Under the pieces are notes generated by a model that was not told the DNA's origin, ran no database searches, and was given only the letters and a program-made list of their open reading frames with translations. Both the position numbers and the translations under genes were made by a program. From the NCBI GenBank assembly GCA_963727255.1, contig CAVSFC010000002.1, positions 640,001 to 704,000 of the forward strand: a stretch of DNA of 64,000 bases, given 5' to 3'. This document shows, one piece after another, positions 52,266 through 61,901 of this stretch. This DNA comes from an uncultured bacterium (GTDB lineage: Bacteria > Babelota > Babeliae > Babelales > Vermiphilaceae). The first letter of the stretch is position 1. Each line of letters begins with the position of its first letter.

Positions 52266-53243
52266 ATGTCTTCTTCTCATAAAGCAAGCCAACAAAGTGG
52301 CTTTTTTGCGCAAGCAAAACAAATAGCATTTATACTTTTAGTAGTTTTTTTGATTAGGACATTTTTTTTCGGTCTGTATCAAGTGCCCACTGGTTCGATG
52401 GAAACAACTATGCTTGTTGGCGAACGTTTTTTTGCCGACAAATTTACCTATTTATTTTCTAAGCCAAAGCACGGCCATGTTATTTCTCTTAATAGCCCTT
52501 TATATGAATACTCTGATAATAAATTGATTCGATTATTTGAAGAATATGTTTGGGGGCCGCAAAATCTGACCAAGCGTATCATTGCTATCCCCGGTGATTT
52601 GATTGAAGGAAAAATAGAAGATGGAAAACCGGTTATCTATCGGAATGGAGAAAAACTTCAAGAGCCATATCTTAATAAATATCCGCTCATTGCTGTTTTG
52701 AGAACAGAGCCAAATGAACTTGCAAAAAATATTACCGATGAAGCAATTTCATTGATGTCTCAAAATAAATTGAGCCCTACCCAATTTGAAGCATTCCTTA
52801 ATAGAAAGTTTGTGCAGGATATTTTACGAAAATCATATGATCCGGAAAAATCGTATGAAGATCAACCATTCTATCGCATGAAAGAATCATTGATATATAA
52901 ACCAAATGGGCAGCCTATTCTTTTATATCCGGGCACTGTGCTTGAAGATTCAAAAGCTGGTAATGAGGCTCCTGCAGGCAATGAAGCATATTGGAACGAT
53001 GGTGATGTTTTCCGCGTGAAGCTTGGCGAAAATCAATATTGGCTCATGGGAGATAACCGTTTAAATAGTGGTGATAGCCGTATGTTTGGACCGATTGATG
53101 GCCGGCTGATTCATGGTAGAATTTTATTCCGTATTTGGTCAATTGATAGTGGAGAAGACTGGTGGATTTTAGATCTTATTAGGCATCCGTTTGATTTTTG
53201 GACTCGTATCAGATGGGGACGATTCTTCCAAGTTATTTCGTAG
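52266..53243 (+). CDS. lepB: Signal peptidase I
   Basis: 'PTGSMETT', 'TKRII', 'GDNR.NS.DSR'. Confidence 0.93.
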   Translation: MSSSHKASQQSGFFAQAKQIAFILLVVFLIRTFFFGLYQVPTGSMETTMLVGERFFADKFTYLFSKPKHGHVISLNSPLYEYSDNKLIRLFEEYVWGPQNLTKRIIAIPGDLIEGKIEDGKPVIYRNGEKLQEPYLNKYPLIAVLRTEPNELAKNITDEAISLMSQNKLSPTQFEAFLNRKFVQDILRKSYDPEKSYEDQPFYRMKESLIYKPNGQPILLYPGTVLEDSKAGNEAPAGNEAYWNDGDVFRVKLGENQYWLMGDNRLNSGDSRMFGPIDGRLIHGRILFRIWSIDSGEDWWILDLIRHPFDFWTRIRWGRFFQVIS

Positions 53244-53391
53244 TAGTCAAGCAAGGAAAAAGTTCGCTTTGAAAGAGGAGTGCCCATCGAATAATGAAAT
53301 AGGTGCATAAAGCCTGGAATGGCTTCCAGCGGTAAAAAAAGCCGTTGCAGATAAAAAAAATTGTGGTACAGTAATATCGATATTAATAAAG

Positions 53392-53979
53392 ATGGAAAAA
53401 TCAATGAAAACAAATCCTACACAAATAGTTACCGCACTCGCGCTCACGGGTATTTTGGCTCTCCTTCCTGCATGCTGGCCATTCGACAAAAAAACCGTGC
53501 CAAGCAATGAAGCGGAACAATCGCTGTATGTAATAAATGTCTTGGATAAAGAAAGTTATGATGATTGCAGAATAGCGGGTTCAATTAATGTGCCTTTTGA
53601 TCAAGTTGAAACTTTTGCAAAAGATTTAGATAGATCTGCTGAATTGGTAGTATATTGTGCTAATTATATGTGTACTGCAAGTATGGCAGCCGCACAAAAA
53701 TTAAAAGATATGGGCTTTGAAAATGTTTGGGCATATGAAGGTGGTACTGCTGAATGGTATCAAATGAATATGAAATCTGAAGGTAAGTATCCGGTTGAAG
53801 GAGCTTGCCAAGCCTCATATCTTTCTGCGGCAAATGAAAAACCTGCAGATGAGGGTCATCCAGCAGTAGCGATTATTTCTGCAGAAGAATTGCACCAAAA
53901 AATGGCTTCACGCGGAATTGTTAGCGCAAGCTTCTGCGCAAGAAGCTCCTCAACAAGCGGCGGCATAGCCAAGTGGTAA
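53392..53979 (+). CDS. Rhodanese-domain lipoprotein (3' end uncertain)
   Basis: Lipobox LPAC, 'IAGSINVP', 'VYCANYMC', 'YEGG..EW'. Confidence 0.85.
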   Translation: MEKSMKTNPTQIVTALALTGILALLPACWPFDKKTVPSNEAEQSLYVINVLDKESYDDCRIAGSINVPFDQVETFAKDLDRSAELVVYCANYMCTASMAAAQKLKDMGFENVWAYEGGTAEWYQMNMKSEGKYPVEGACQASYLSAANEKPADEGHPAVAIISAEELHQKMASRGIVSASFCARSSSTSGGIAKW

Positions 53980-54032
53980 GGCATGGGACTGCAAATCCTT
54001 GATCCCCGGTTCGAATCCGGGTGCCGCCTCCA
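53959..54032 (+). tRNA. tRNA-Cys(GCA)
   Basis: Cloverleaf GGCGGCA...TGCCGCC-T-CCA, anticodon GCA, GGTTCGAATCC. Confidence 0.97.
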
Positions 54033-54617
54033 GTCTTCGCTCCTTCGGAGCTTCGCCTGGCTAACGCCAGTCTTCTGGCCCGAAGTCCGGCGAAACTTTA
54101 AGCGTAGATGCATCGGCAAACTATGTCTGGTGCCACAGTCACATTAAATGAATTTTCATTTAAATAGCGACTGTGTCCGGCGAAGCCCTAAAGGCGATGA
54201 CGGAAGACTGCCCGGCGAAGCAGAAAGTGCTTTAGCTTTTGATATTAACGAAGTGAAAGCGAAGCCTGGGCTAGCGAAGTTACTTATTATTAATTGAAAG
54301 ACATAAAAATTGTGTGCCGGGATGGCGGAAATGGTAGACGCAAAGGACTTAAAATCCTTCGGGATTATATCTCGTGCCGGTTCGAGTCCGGCTCTCGGCA
54401 CCAGGCTATGCCTACGCGGGTTAGGCTTAGAAGTGTGAACATGGCTACGCCTGGCTGACCTTAGTGCTTAGCCGAGTTTATCCTGAGCGAGCATTGCGAG
54501 TCAAAGGGCCTGGCTGACACCAGTCTTCTACGCCCGAAGTCCGGTAGCCTGCCAGCCATAGATCTGGAAAAGCGACGGCCGGGAAGCTGAAAGCGAAGAC
54601 AGATGGCAAAGCCAGTC
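54033..54617. repeat. REP-like hairpin clusters downstream of both tRNAs
   Basis: GCCTGGCT.AC.CCAGTCTTCT..CCCGAAGTCCGG at 54055-54090 and 54508-54544, plus CGAAG/CTTCG hairpins. Confidence 0.7.
54316..54403 (+). tRNA. tRNA-Leu(TAA)
   Basis: GCCGGGA...TCTCGGC-A-CCA, anticodon TAA, long variable arm. Confidence 0.96.
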
Positions 54618-54786
54618 TTTACATGAGCAAATTTTTAGCTGGCGATAAGAGAGTTTAAAAAATCTTTTACATAAGTGCATTAAAAAAACTTGACAATTTT
54701 TATTGTCTTACTATTGTACAAACTAGTATTAGTTTTTGTTGGCTAAAAAAATTGTAGAAACAAAAAATTTAATTTAAGGAAATTTC

Positions 54787-55059
54787 ATGAATAAAGCAAA
54801 ATTAGTTGAAAGCATGGCGAAAATGACCAAGATGTCGAAATCGCACTGTAAAGATGCTTTAGAAGCATTCATTTCATCAGTTGGTTCAGCATTGAAATCA
54901 AATAAAGATGTTGTTCTTACCGGATTTGGTACCTTCACTGTGATGAAAAGAAAAAGCAGAGTTGGTGTAAACCCAGCAACCGGCAAGAAAATGCAAATCC
55001 CTGCAAAAAGAGTTCCTAAATTCAGAGCAGGTAAAGCATTAAAGTCTATGGTTAAATAA
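54787..55059 (+). CDS. hup: HU DNA-binding protein
   Basis: MNKAKL, GFGTF, GVNPATG, PKFRAGK. Confidence 0.96.
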   Translation: MNKAKLVESMAKMTKMSKSHCKDALEAFISSVGSALKSNKDVVLTGFGTFTVMKRKSRVGVNPATGKKMQIPAKRVPKFRAGKALKSMVK

Positions 55060-55085
55060 CCATTACTTTAAAAAATAGGTTATAC

Positions 55086-55118
55086 AGAGGCACCAAAATT
55101 TGGTGCCTCTTTTTTTTT
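55086..55118 (+). terminator. Rho-independent terminator after hup
   Basis: AGAGGCACCAAA-A-TTTGGTGCCTCT followed by T8. Confidence 0.9.
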
Positions 55119-55182
55119 CTTGCGTCATTTTGCGCACTCTAACTATACTCGAGCTAGCATATCTTTTTAAAAAGGAGACGGT

Positions 55183-55581
55183 ATGGTTGGATCATCAAAA
55201 TCTATAGAAATTGGATGGTTTGATAGGCTCAAAAATTCTTTGCAGCTCGAGAAGATCAGCGAAAGACTCAATTTCTCAAAACATAAAATCTTGGATATGG
55301 CTCTTTTCTTTGGAATTGGCTTTTTGGCTGGTTTTCTTTGGAAACGGTATGCCAACTATTTCATCGCAGCTCTGATTTTTATCGGTGTATTGTTTATTTT
55401 CAATCAGCTCGAACTCATTAATTTGAATATTAATTGGCTTAAGGTGCAAGAGTGTTGCGGTATTGAACCGGCAAGAGCTGATGCAGATATTTTATCAATG
55501 CTCTGGGATTGGTCAAAGAATAATATTCTCATCATTTTTAGTTTTATCATTGGTTTTTGTTTTGGGGCTAAGGTGAGCTGA
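55183..55581 (+). CDS. FUN14-like membrane protein
   Basis: 'GIGFLAGFLWKR', 'ININW.KV', 'IGFCFG' pattern. Confidence 0.55.
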   Translation: MVGSSKSIEIGWFDRLKNSLQLEKISERLNFSKHKILDMALFFGIGFLAGFLWKRYANYFIAALIFIGVLFIFNQLELINLNINWLKVQECCGIEPARADADILSMLWDWSKNNILIIFSFIIGFCFGAKVS

Positions 55582-55591
55582 AAGGATTGAA

Positions 55592-56180
55592 ATGGAAAAA
55601 AGGGAAACGTTTGCGCAGGAATTGTGCGATATTTTTGTTAAGCACAACGTAATTGATGAAGCTGAAGGCACGCGCACTGCAGCGATCATTTAAAAATTCT
55701 GAAAAAGAAAATTTTGATGATTTCTTGCTTGAGGAAGGATTGATCGAAGAGGCGCCACTCTTGCGCGCACTCGCTGAATATTACCAAGTTCCTTCAGTTG
55801 ATGTGACTGGTTATTTTTTTGATAGGCAACTATTACGTAATTTCCCTAAGGATTTTTTGTTACGAAATCGCATTATTCCTCTTGAAATGGAAGACGATGA
55901 ATTGACAGTAGTTGCAAGCCAGCCAGATAACCCTGATTTATTGTCCACTATGGGGGCATACACATCAGAAGATATACAATTCCGTGTTGGACTCGGCAGG
56001 GATATTTCCGATGCGATTAGAGAATTTTATGATAAATCTCCCGCGGAGGTACTTGATGACCAAGATCTTGTTGATGAACAGCTTGAAGAAGAAGAGCGAT
56101 ATCATTCTTTGTTGCGTGATGAAGATGAAGATGTTGAGCCGACTATAAAACAAGAAATTGATAAAGATGAGGAAGAATAA
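55592..56180 (+). CDS. Stand-alone GspE/PilB N-terminal domain protein with acidic tail (frameshift near 55666)
   Basis: 'FLLEEGLI...ALAEYYQVPSVD', 'IIPLE...VVASQP'; AAGGA RBS and ATG at 55592. Confidence 0.75.
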
Positions 56181-56185
56181 GAACC

Positions 56186-57361
56186 ATGACAAGCTATGCC
56201 AGTGAACAAGAATTCCCCGTGATACGGTTAGTGGATAATTTACTTGCAAGTGCCATCATGCGATCAGCATCTGATATTCATTTTGAGCCGACTGCTGATA
56301 AATTGCGCGTTCGCTTGCGAATTGATGGAGTGTTATATGATCATGAAGTAGTTGATGTTACACTTATGCAACAATTGCTTGCGCGTCTTAAAGTGCTGGC
56401 TAATATCAACATTGCTGAAAAAAGATTTCCCCAAGACGGAAAATTTCGCATTATTTCTAATGGACATGAGATTGATTTGCGCGTTTCAACATTTCCTGCT
56501 TTGCATGGCGAAAAAATTGTTGTTCGTATTTTAGATCGGGCCGATCATACCATTGCACTCGATAATCTTGGTTTTAGTGCCCAAATGGCAGCAGCTTTTA
56601 AAGAATTGATTTCTAAGTCCTCCGGCTTTTTTTTAGTTTCAGGACCAACCGGCTCAGGCAAAACGACTACCTTATATGCAGCCCTGAGTAGCCTTAATAA
56701 TCCTCAAAAGAATATTATTACGCTTGAAGATCCTGTTGAATATTGTGTGCCCGGTATCACACAAGGGCAAATACATCCGGATGCGGGATTTACGTTTGAA
56801 AAGGGAATTCGCGCATTACTTCGCCAGGATCCTGATATCGTTATGGTGGGTGAAATTCGCGATACCCAGACGGCTGGCATTGCTATCGAGGCATCGCTCA
56901 CCGGGCATCTTGTTTTTAGTACGGTGCACACCAATGATGCGCCAAGTGTGGTCATGCGTTTGATGGATATGGAAATTGAGCCGTTTTTGATCAATGCTGC
57001 GATCACCGGAGTTCTTGCCCAGAGGCTTGCGCGCAAGATCTGCCAAGCATGCAAAATAGAAAAAGTTCCTTCAGATCAAGAAGCAGCCATTCTCAAAAGA
57101 CATGGCTATGCATTTGACCGATTGTTTATCGGAGCTGGATGCCAACATTGTTTAGGTCTTGGCTATAAGGGGCGAATTGGCATCTTCGAATTGCTGGTGA
57201 TGACTAGCCCCTTGCGCTCTTTGATTGTGCAACATCCATCATTTGAAGATATTTATAAGCAGGCATGCGCTGATGGCATGAAGAGTCTTATTCATGATGG
57301 CTTAGCAAAGGTTGAGCAGGGAATAATTAGCTTGCCTGAGCTCATGCGGGTTGCATTGTAA
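56186..57361 (+). CDS. GspE/PilB family secretion/pilus ATPase lacking the N-terminal domain
   Basis: ASDIHFEP, PQDG, GPTGSGKTT, EDPVE, LRQDPD, GHLV.STVH, tetracysteine motif. Confidence 0.93.
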   Translation: MTSYASEQEFPVIRLVDNLLASAIMRSASDIHFEPTADKLRVRLRIDGVLYDHEVVDVTLMQQLLARLKVLANINIAEKRFPQDGKFRIISNGHEIDLRVSTFPALHGEKIVVRILDRADHTIALDNLGFSAQMAAAFKELISKSSGFFLVSGPTGSGKTTTLYAALSSLNNPQKNIITLEDPVEYCVPGITQGQIHPDAGFTFEKGIRALLRQDPDIVMVGEIRDTQTAGIAIEASLTGHLVFSTVHTNDAPSVVMRLMDMEIEPFLINAAITGVLAQRLARKICQACKIEKVPSDQEAAILKRHGYAFDRLFIGAGCQHCLGLGYKGRIGIFELLVMTSPLRSLIVQHPSFEDIYKQACADGMKSLIHDGLAKVEQGIISLPELMRVAL

Positions 57362-57374
57362 TTGGGAGATTTTC

Positions 57375-58025
57375 ATGAATCGAGGATATTTGTTAGGGCT
57401 TATGCCGCTCTTTTTGGGTAATAATAGTGCTCCTATGGAAGGGTTTAGAGTAGCCGAAAAAGCGGTGATTAATAAGAAAATTTTTAAAGAATTGCCAACA
57501 CTTGAAACAGAACGCCTTATTCTGCGGAAAATTCAGCCCAATGATATGGAAGAACTTAATACACTTTTAGCAGATGAAGATATTACTAAATGGTTGGGTA
57601 TTAATGTCCACAAGAGTAATGAGGACACTAAAGAATTTATTGAAGATGTGATACAGCACGCAGCTTCAGAAAGCCCAAACCCTTGGGGGTTGGTGCATAA
57701 GAAAGATAATAAGTTAATTGGTTATGCGGGATTTTGCTCTGTGGATAGTGTTGGAACCGCGATGATTTGGTATGCAGTTCTAAAGCACTACTGGGGTCAA
57801 AAATTGGCACCAGAGGCACTTAAAAAAATTATTGATTGCGGGTTTCACGATATTAATTTTAATCGCATCGAGGGATACTCTATACTAAAAAACGATCGAA
57901 GTTCCCGAGTGATGGAAAAGTGTGGTATGGTGTATGAAGGTACTCTCAGAGAATGCGGGTATGTCAATGGTGGGTACTGCACTTCAAAGCTCTATGCAAT
58001 TCTGAAAAAAGATTCACTGAAATGA
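57375..58025 (+). CDS. RimJ/RimL-type GNAT with signal-like N-terminus
   Basis: 'LETERLILR', 'YWGQ', 'N..S.RVMEKCGM..EG.LR'. Confidence 0.85.
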   Translation: MNRGYLLGLMPLFLGNNSAPMEGFRVAEKAVINKKIFKELPTLETERLILRKIQPNDMEELNTLLADEDITKWLGINVHKSNEDTKEFIEDVIQHAASESPNPWGLVHKKDNKLIGYAGFCSVDSVGTAMIWYAVLKHYWGQKLAPEALKKIIDCGFHDINFNRIEGYSILKNDRSSRVMEKCGMVYEGTLRECGYVNGGYCTSKLYAILKKDSLK

Positions 58026-58044
58026 AAACTCTATCTATTCTTTA

Positions 58045-58596
58045 TTAGCTGTGAATTGCTTCGAGTTGCGATGGAGTAGTCGCGTGAGCTAGCTTTTGCG
58101 CAGCATCTCTATTTTCATTTATTATTTTAACGAGCATCGTTAAGTGCATGCTATCCGCCAGTTCTAAAGCATTTAACGTTCCGTCTCGAAAAACGGTGAT
58201 TCTGGGGGACGTATTTGCTCCTTTTTCCAGTAATAGAAGCGCAAAAGTAACATTGCGAGTAAATATAGCTTTTAAGAGTGGGGTTTGCTGAGTGCGCGAT
58301 GCTTTATTAATATCTGCACCGGCTTCAAGCAATCCTTTGAAGAGAGCCAGAGAAGGTCTTCTATCGCGGATTGATGCCAGAAGAGGAGTTTCATCATCCC
58401 CAGTCTCATCATGATGCTCTTTGCAAAACTTGGTAAAATCGGCGTTTGCGAGTGTTTTATTTTTATCTAAAAGGTCCAGGGCTATAGCATATCTCTTCTT
58501 TGTTATTGCTAGATAGAATTCTTTCTTACTATCTTTTTGCATGGCATTTGCCGCTGAGCCTATTACGAGTATGATTAATGGCAGTATATGCTTCAT
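58045..58596 (-). CDS. Secreted ankyrin repeat protein (A|MQ type)
   Basis: TPLL..., GADIN, TPLLKA, LLEKGAN. Confidence 0.85.
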   Translation of the reverse strand: MKHILPLIILVIGSAANAMQKDSKKEFYLAITKKRYAIALDLLDKNKTLANADFTKFCKEHHDETGDDETPLLASIRDRRPSLALFKGLLEAGADINKASRTQQTPLLKAIFTRNVTFALLLLEKGANTSPRITVFRDGTLNALELADSMHLTMLVKIINENRDAAQKLAHATTPSQLEAIHS

Positions 58597-58684
58597 ATGG
58601 GCTACTCCTTCTGGATTTAAATAAAAAGGCTTTTATACTGGTTTATAGGCACTTTTTCTCCCTACCTAATAGAGGTTTTTCATT

Positions 58685-59092
58685 ATGCGGCTATTCCTTC
58701 TCGCTTTTTTTGCCTTATTTTTGGGTTTATCATTAAATGCAGAAACTATGCAAGAGGATATCACCTGGCATTATTATCAAGCAAAAATGACGAATAACCG
58801 TTTACTTGCCGAAAAGCTTCTAGAATGTTGCGATGCTGCTGGCAAGCAGTGCGATCGACCGCAGGTTATTCAAAATTCTCAAAATCAAATAGTCATGAAA
58901 AAATACGCAGATAAAATTGCTTTTACGAAAAAAATGTCTTTAGTTAATGAACGCGTTGATCAGGCCGTTGCCTGGGGCCAAGAACATTACCTATTATTAC
59001 GCTTTGCATTTGCGGGTTTATGTATTTGCGGCTTGTGGTTCAAGATAATGATAGATTCTCCGGAAATTAAATATGATATACCAAGCTCTTAA
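58685..59092 (+). CDS. Secreted/membrane-anchored hypothetical protein
   Basis: Signal peptide and C-terminal TM. Confidence 0.6.
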   Translation: MRLFLLAFFALFLGLSLNAETMQEDITWHYYQAKMTNNRLLAEKLLECCDAAGKQCDRPQVIQNSQNQIVMKKYADKIAFTKKMSLVNERVDQAVAWGQEHYLLLRFAFAGLCICGLWFKIMIDSPEIKYDIPSS

Positions 59093-59819
59093 CATCAGAA
59101 ATCTTGCAGTTTCTATCGGACAAAAACCGGTTCTGCAATCGATAGATTTGGAATTTCTACCTGGCTCTGTGCATGCATTGATGGGGCCGAATGGTTCGGG
59201 TAAAAGTACTCTGGCCTATGCATTAATGGGGCATCCTGCATACACTATAATGGCCGGATCGATAGAATTTAATGGCGCTGATATAACGGCATTATCAATC
59301 GATAAACGAGCACAAGCAGGAATTTTCTTAGCATTTCAAAATCCCTTGGAGATCCCGGGTGTTACCGTTTTTAATTTCCTTAAAGAGGCACATGCGGCGA
59401 TTGCCAAAAAGCTGATGCCAGCAAAAGAATTCCAACAATTTCTTTTTGAGAAAATGGATATTCTGAACATTGATCATGCCTTTGCCTATCGCAATTTGAA
59501 TGCCGGCTTTTCCGGTGGTGAAAAAAAACGGTTAGAGCTCCTGCAATTGCTGGTTCTTAAGCCTGCAGTAGCTATTCTGGATGAACTCGATTCAGGCTTA
59601 GACGTTGATGCGATTAAGATTGTTGCAGCAGGATTACACGCAGCCCGCATAGCAAATCCAACTCTGTGCATCATCATGATTACCCACTATCCACGGCTGC
59701 TTAGCTATATCCAGCCGGATTGGGTGCATATCATGCACAATGGCACTATTGTGCAAACGGGAGCTGCAGCACTTGCACAACTGATTGAGCAGCGAGGCTA
59801 TGATGCAATCAGCAGTTAA
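59073..59819 (+). CDS. sufC: Fe-S cluster assembly ATPase
   Basis: [11 protein letters not shown], 'FLAFQ.P.EIPGV', 'GFSGGEKKR'. Confidence 0.95.
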   Translation: MIYQALNIRNLAVSIGQKPVLQSIDLEFLPGSVHALMGPNGSGKSTLAYALMGHPAYTIMAGSIEFNGADITALSIDKRAQAGIFLAFQNPLEIPGVTVFNFLKEAHAAIAKKLMPAKEFQQFLFEKMDILNIDHAFAYRNLNAGFSGGEKKRLELLQLLVLKPAVAILDELDSGLDVDAIKIVAAGLHAARIANPTLCIIMITHYPRLLSYIQPDWVHIMHNGTIVQTGAAALAQLIEQRGYDAISS

Positions 59820-61170
59820 ATCATTCGAGACTCCTTTTTTTAAGACGAGCAAGGGGGTTAATAAAAAGATCGTTATGCAAATTGCCGAGCAAAAGAATGA
59901 GCCCGGTTGGATGATTGATTTCCGTCTTAAGGCACTCGAAATTTTTGAGCGGCTTGCAATGCCTTCTTGGGGTGCTGATCTGAGTAAGCTTGATCCTCAT
60001 GATATTCATTACTATGTAAAACCAATCGAGGGCCAGCATAATTCTTGGGATACTGTGCCGCAAGGCATCAAAACCACCTTTGAAAAATTGGGTATTCCGC
60101 AGGCAGAGCAAAAATTTCTTGCCGGGGTTGGCGCGCAGTATGAATCGGAAGTTGTATATAAAAAATTACAGCAAAAATGGGCTGATTTAGGAGTGCTTTT
60201 TACCGACATGAGCAAAGCGGTTACTGAGTATCCTGAGTTGGTAAAAAAATATTTTGCGACCGTTATTCCTGCGCATGATAATAAGTTTGCCGCGCTCAAT
60301 TCTTCTGTCTGGAGTGGTGGCAGTTTTGTGTATGTCCCGAAGGGTGTGCATATTGATATGCCCTTGCAAGCATATTTTCGCATAAATGCCCCCAGCATGG
60401 GGCAATTCGAACGCACTCTTATTATTGCCGAGCCAGGTAGCTTTGTGCATTATGTAGAAGGATGCAGTGCACCGCTGTATCGCAAAAATTCTTTGCATAG
60501 CGCAGTCGTTGAATTGATTGGGCTCGATAATGCTCATATTCGGTATACCACCATCCAGAATTGGTCAAACAATGTCTATAATTTGGTTACCAAACGAGCA
60601 GTGGCCCATGAAAATGCAACCGTTGAATGGGTTGATGGCAATTTTGGCAGTAAAATGACTATGAAGTATCCGTGCGTGATACTCAAAGGAGCGCACGCCA
60701 AAGCACAAATTATTTCTATTGCCGTTGCCGGGAATGGGCAGCATCAAGATGCGGGGGGAAAAGTAATTCATTTAGCGCCGCATACTCGTTCAAACATAGT
60801 TTCAAAATCGATTTCCAAAAATGGCGGCAGAGCCAGTTATCGCGGCCTTTTAAAAATTGCAGCAAACGCAGAACATGCTCATTCTCGCGTAAACTGTGAC
60901 GCGCTTTTGCTTGATGAGCAGTCTCGATCTGATACGTATCCAACGGTTCATGTTGCAAATCAAACGGCAGATGTTGGGCATGAAGCAACGGTGAGCAAAA
61001 TTAATGATGATCAAATTGTTTATTTAATGAGTAGGGGATTAAGCGAATCTGCTGCACGTGCGCTCATTGTGAATGGCTTTATCGATGCCTTCGTAAAAGA
61101 ATTGCCCATGGAATATGCGGTAGAAATTAACCGGCTAATTGCGCATGAAATGGAAGGATCAATTGGATAA
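59800..61170 (+). CDS. sufB: Fe-S cluster assembly protein
   Basis: '[14 protein letters not shown]', 'GQFERTLII', 'EGCSAP', 'KELPMEYA'. Confidence 0.97.
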   Translation: MMQSAVKSFETPFFKTSKGVNKKIVMQIAEQKNEPGWMIDFRLKALEIFERLAMPSWGADLSKLDPHDIHYYVKPIEGQHNSWDTVPQGIKTTFEKLGIPQAEQKFLAGVGAQYESEVVYKKLQQKWADLGVLFTDMSKAVTEYPELVKKYFATVIPAHDNKFAALNSSVWSGGSFVYVPKGVHIDMPLQAYFRINAPSMGQFERTLIIAEPGSFVHYVEGCSAPLYRKNSLHSAVVELIGLDNAHIRYTTIQNWSNNVYNLVTKRAVAHENATVEWVDGNFGSKMTMKYPCVILKGAHAKAQIISIAVAGNGQHQDAGGKVIHLAPHTRSNIVSKSISKNGGRASYRGLLKIAANAEHAHSRVNCDALLLDEQSRSDTYPTVHVANQTADVGHEATVSKINDDQIVYLMSRGLSESAARALIVNGFIDAFVKELPMEYAVEINRLIAHEMEGSIG

Positions 61171-61901
61171 TGAGTGTGATAAAACTAAGTTCTTCCTTGA
61201 GCCCAATTATGATGCATGATGTGCTGCATAGCGGGAATTTTGAGTGGCATTTAGAGCCGCATGCAAATGTTACCTTTATTCATCTGCTCGAGACTGATGC
61301 TCCTGTAGCAGCAAACCTGGAATTTAAACTTGGCCAATCGAGTATACTTAACTACAGCCCAATTATAATCGGTGGATCGCATACTGAGCTTAAACTTGAG
61401 GTAATATTGCATGAGCATGCGCAACTGACTGTTGCTGGCGCATATGCGCTTACGGGCAAAGAAGAATGCTCGTTTACTACCCAGCAAATGCATTGTGGAC
61501 TATCTTCCATCAGTAATCTGGTAATTAATGGAATTGCTGCAGGCGGCGCATTGGTAACATACAATGGAGCAATAAGCATCCAAAAAAATGCTACAAAATC
61601 AATTGCAAGGCAGGAAAATAAAACATTATTGATCGGTTCGCGAGCAAAAGCAATCTCTATTCCCTCGCTTGAGGTGCAAACCAATGATGTGCAATGTGCG
61701 CATGGAAGTGCGGTCGGCCCTTTGCAAGAAGATCAATTAACCTATGCGCAATCGCGCGGGCTTTCTTTGCACTCGGCTCGGCGAATGTTAGTAACTAGTT
61801 TCTTTGCGCAAGCGCTTGAGGGTATGCTTGATGAAAATCTGCGAGAAAAAATAGTTGCGCAGTTGGTAGATAAAGCATTGGGAGAAAAAGGAACCATATG
61901 A
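61170..61901 (+). CDS. sufD: SufD-like protein (short)
   Basis: 'PSLEV..NDVQCAHGS.VG', 'YAQSRG'. Confidence 0.85.
   Translation: MSVIKLSSSLSPIMMHDVLHSGNFEWHLEPHANVTFIHLLETDAPVAANLEFKLGQSSILNYSPIIIGGSHTELKLEVILHEHAQLTVAGAYALTGKEECSFTTQQMHCGLSSISNLVINGIAAGGALVTYNGAISIQKNATKSIARQENKTLLIGSRAKAISIPSLEVQTNDVQCAHGSAVGPLQEDQLTYAQSRGLSLHSARRMLVTSFFAQALEGMLDENLREKIVAQLVDKALGEKGTI

Noticed and set aside
54033..54617. CRISPR array
   Set aside because: No regularly spaced identical repeats with unique spacers, and no cas genes in the window.
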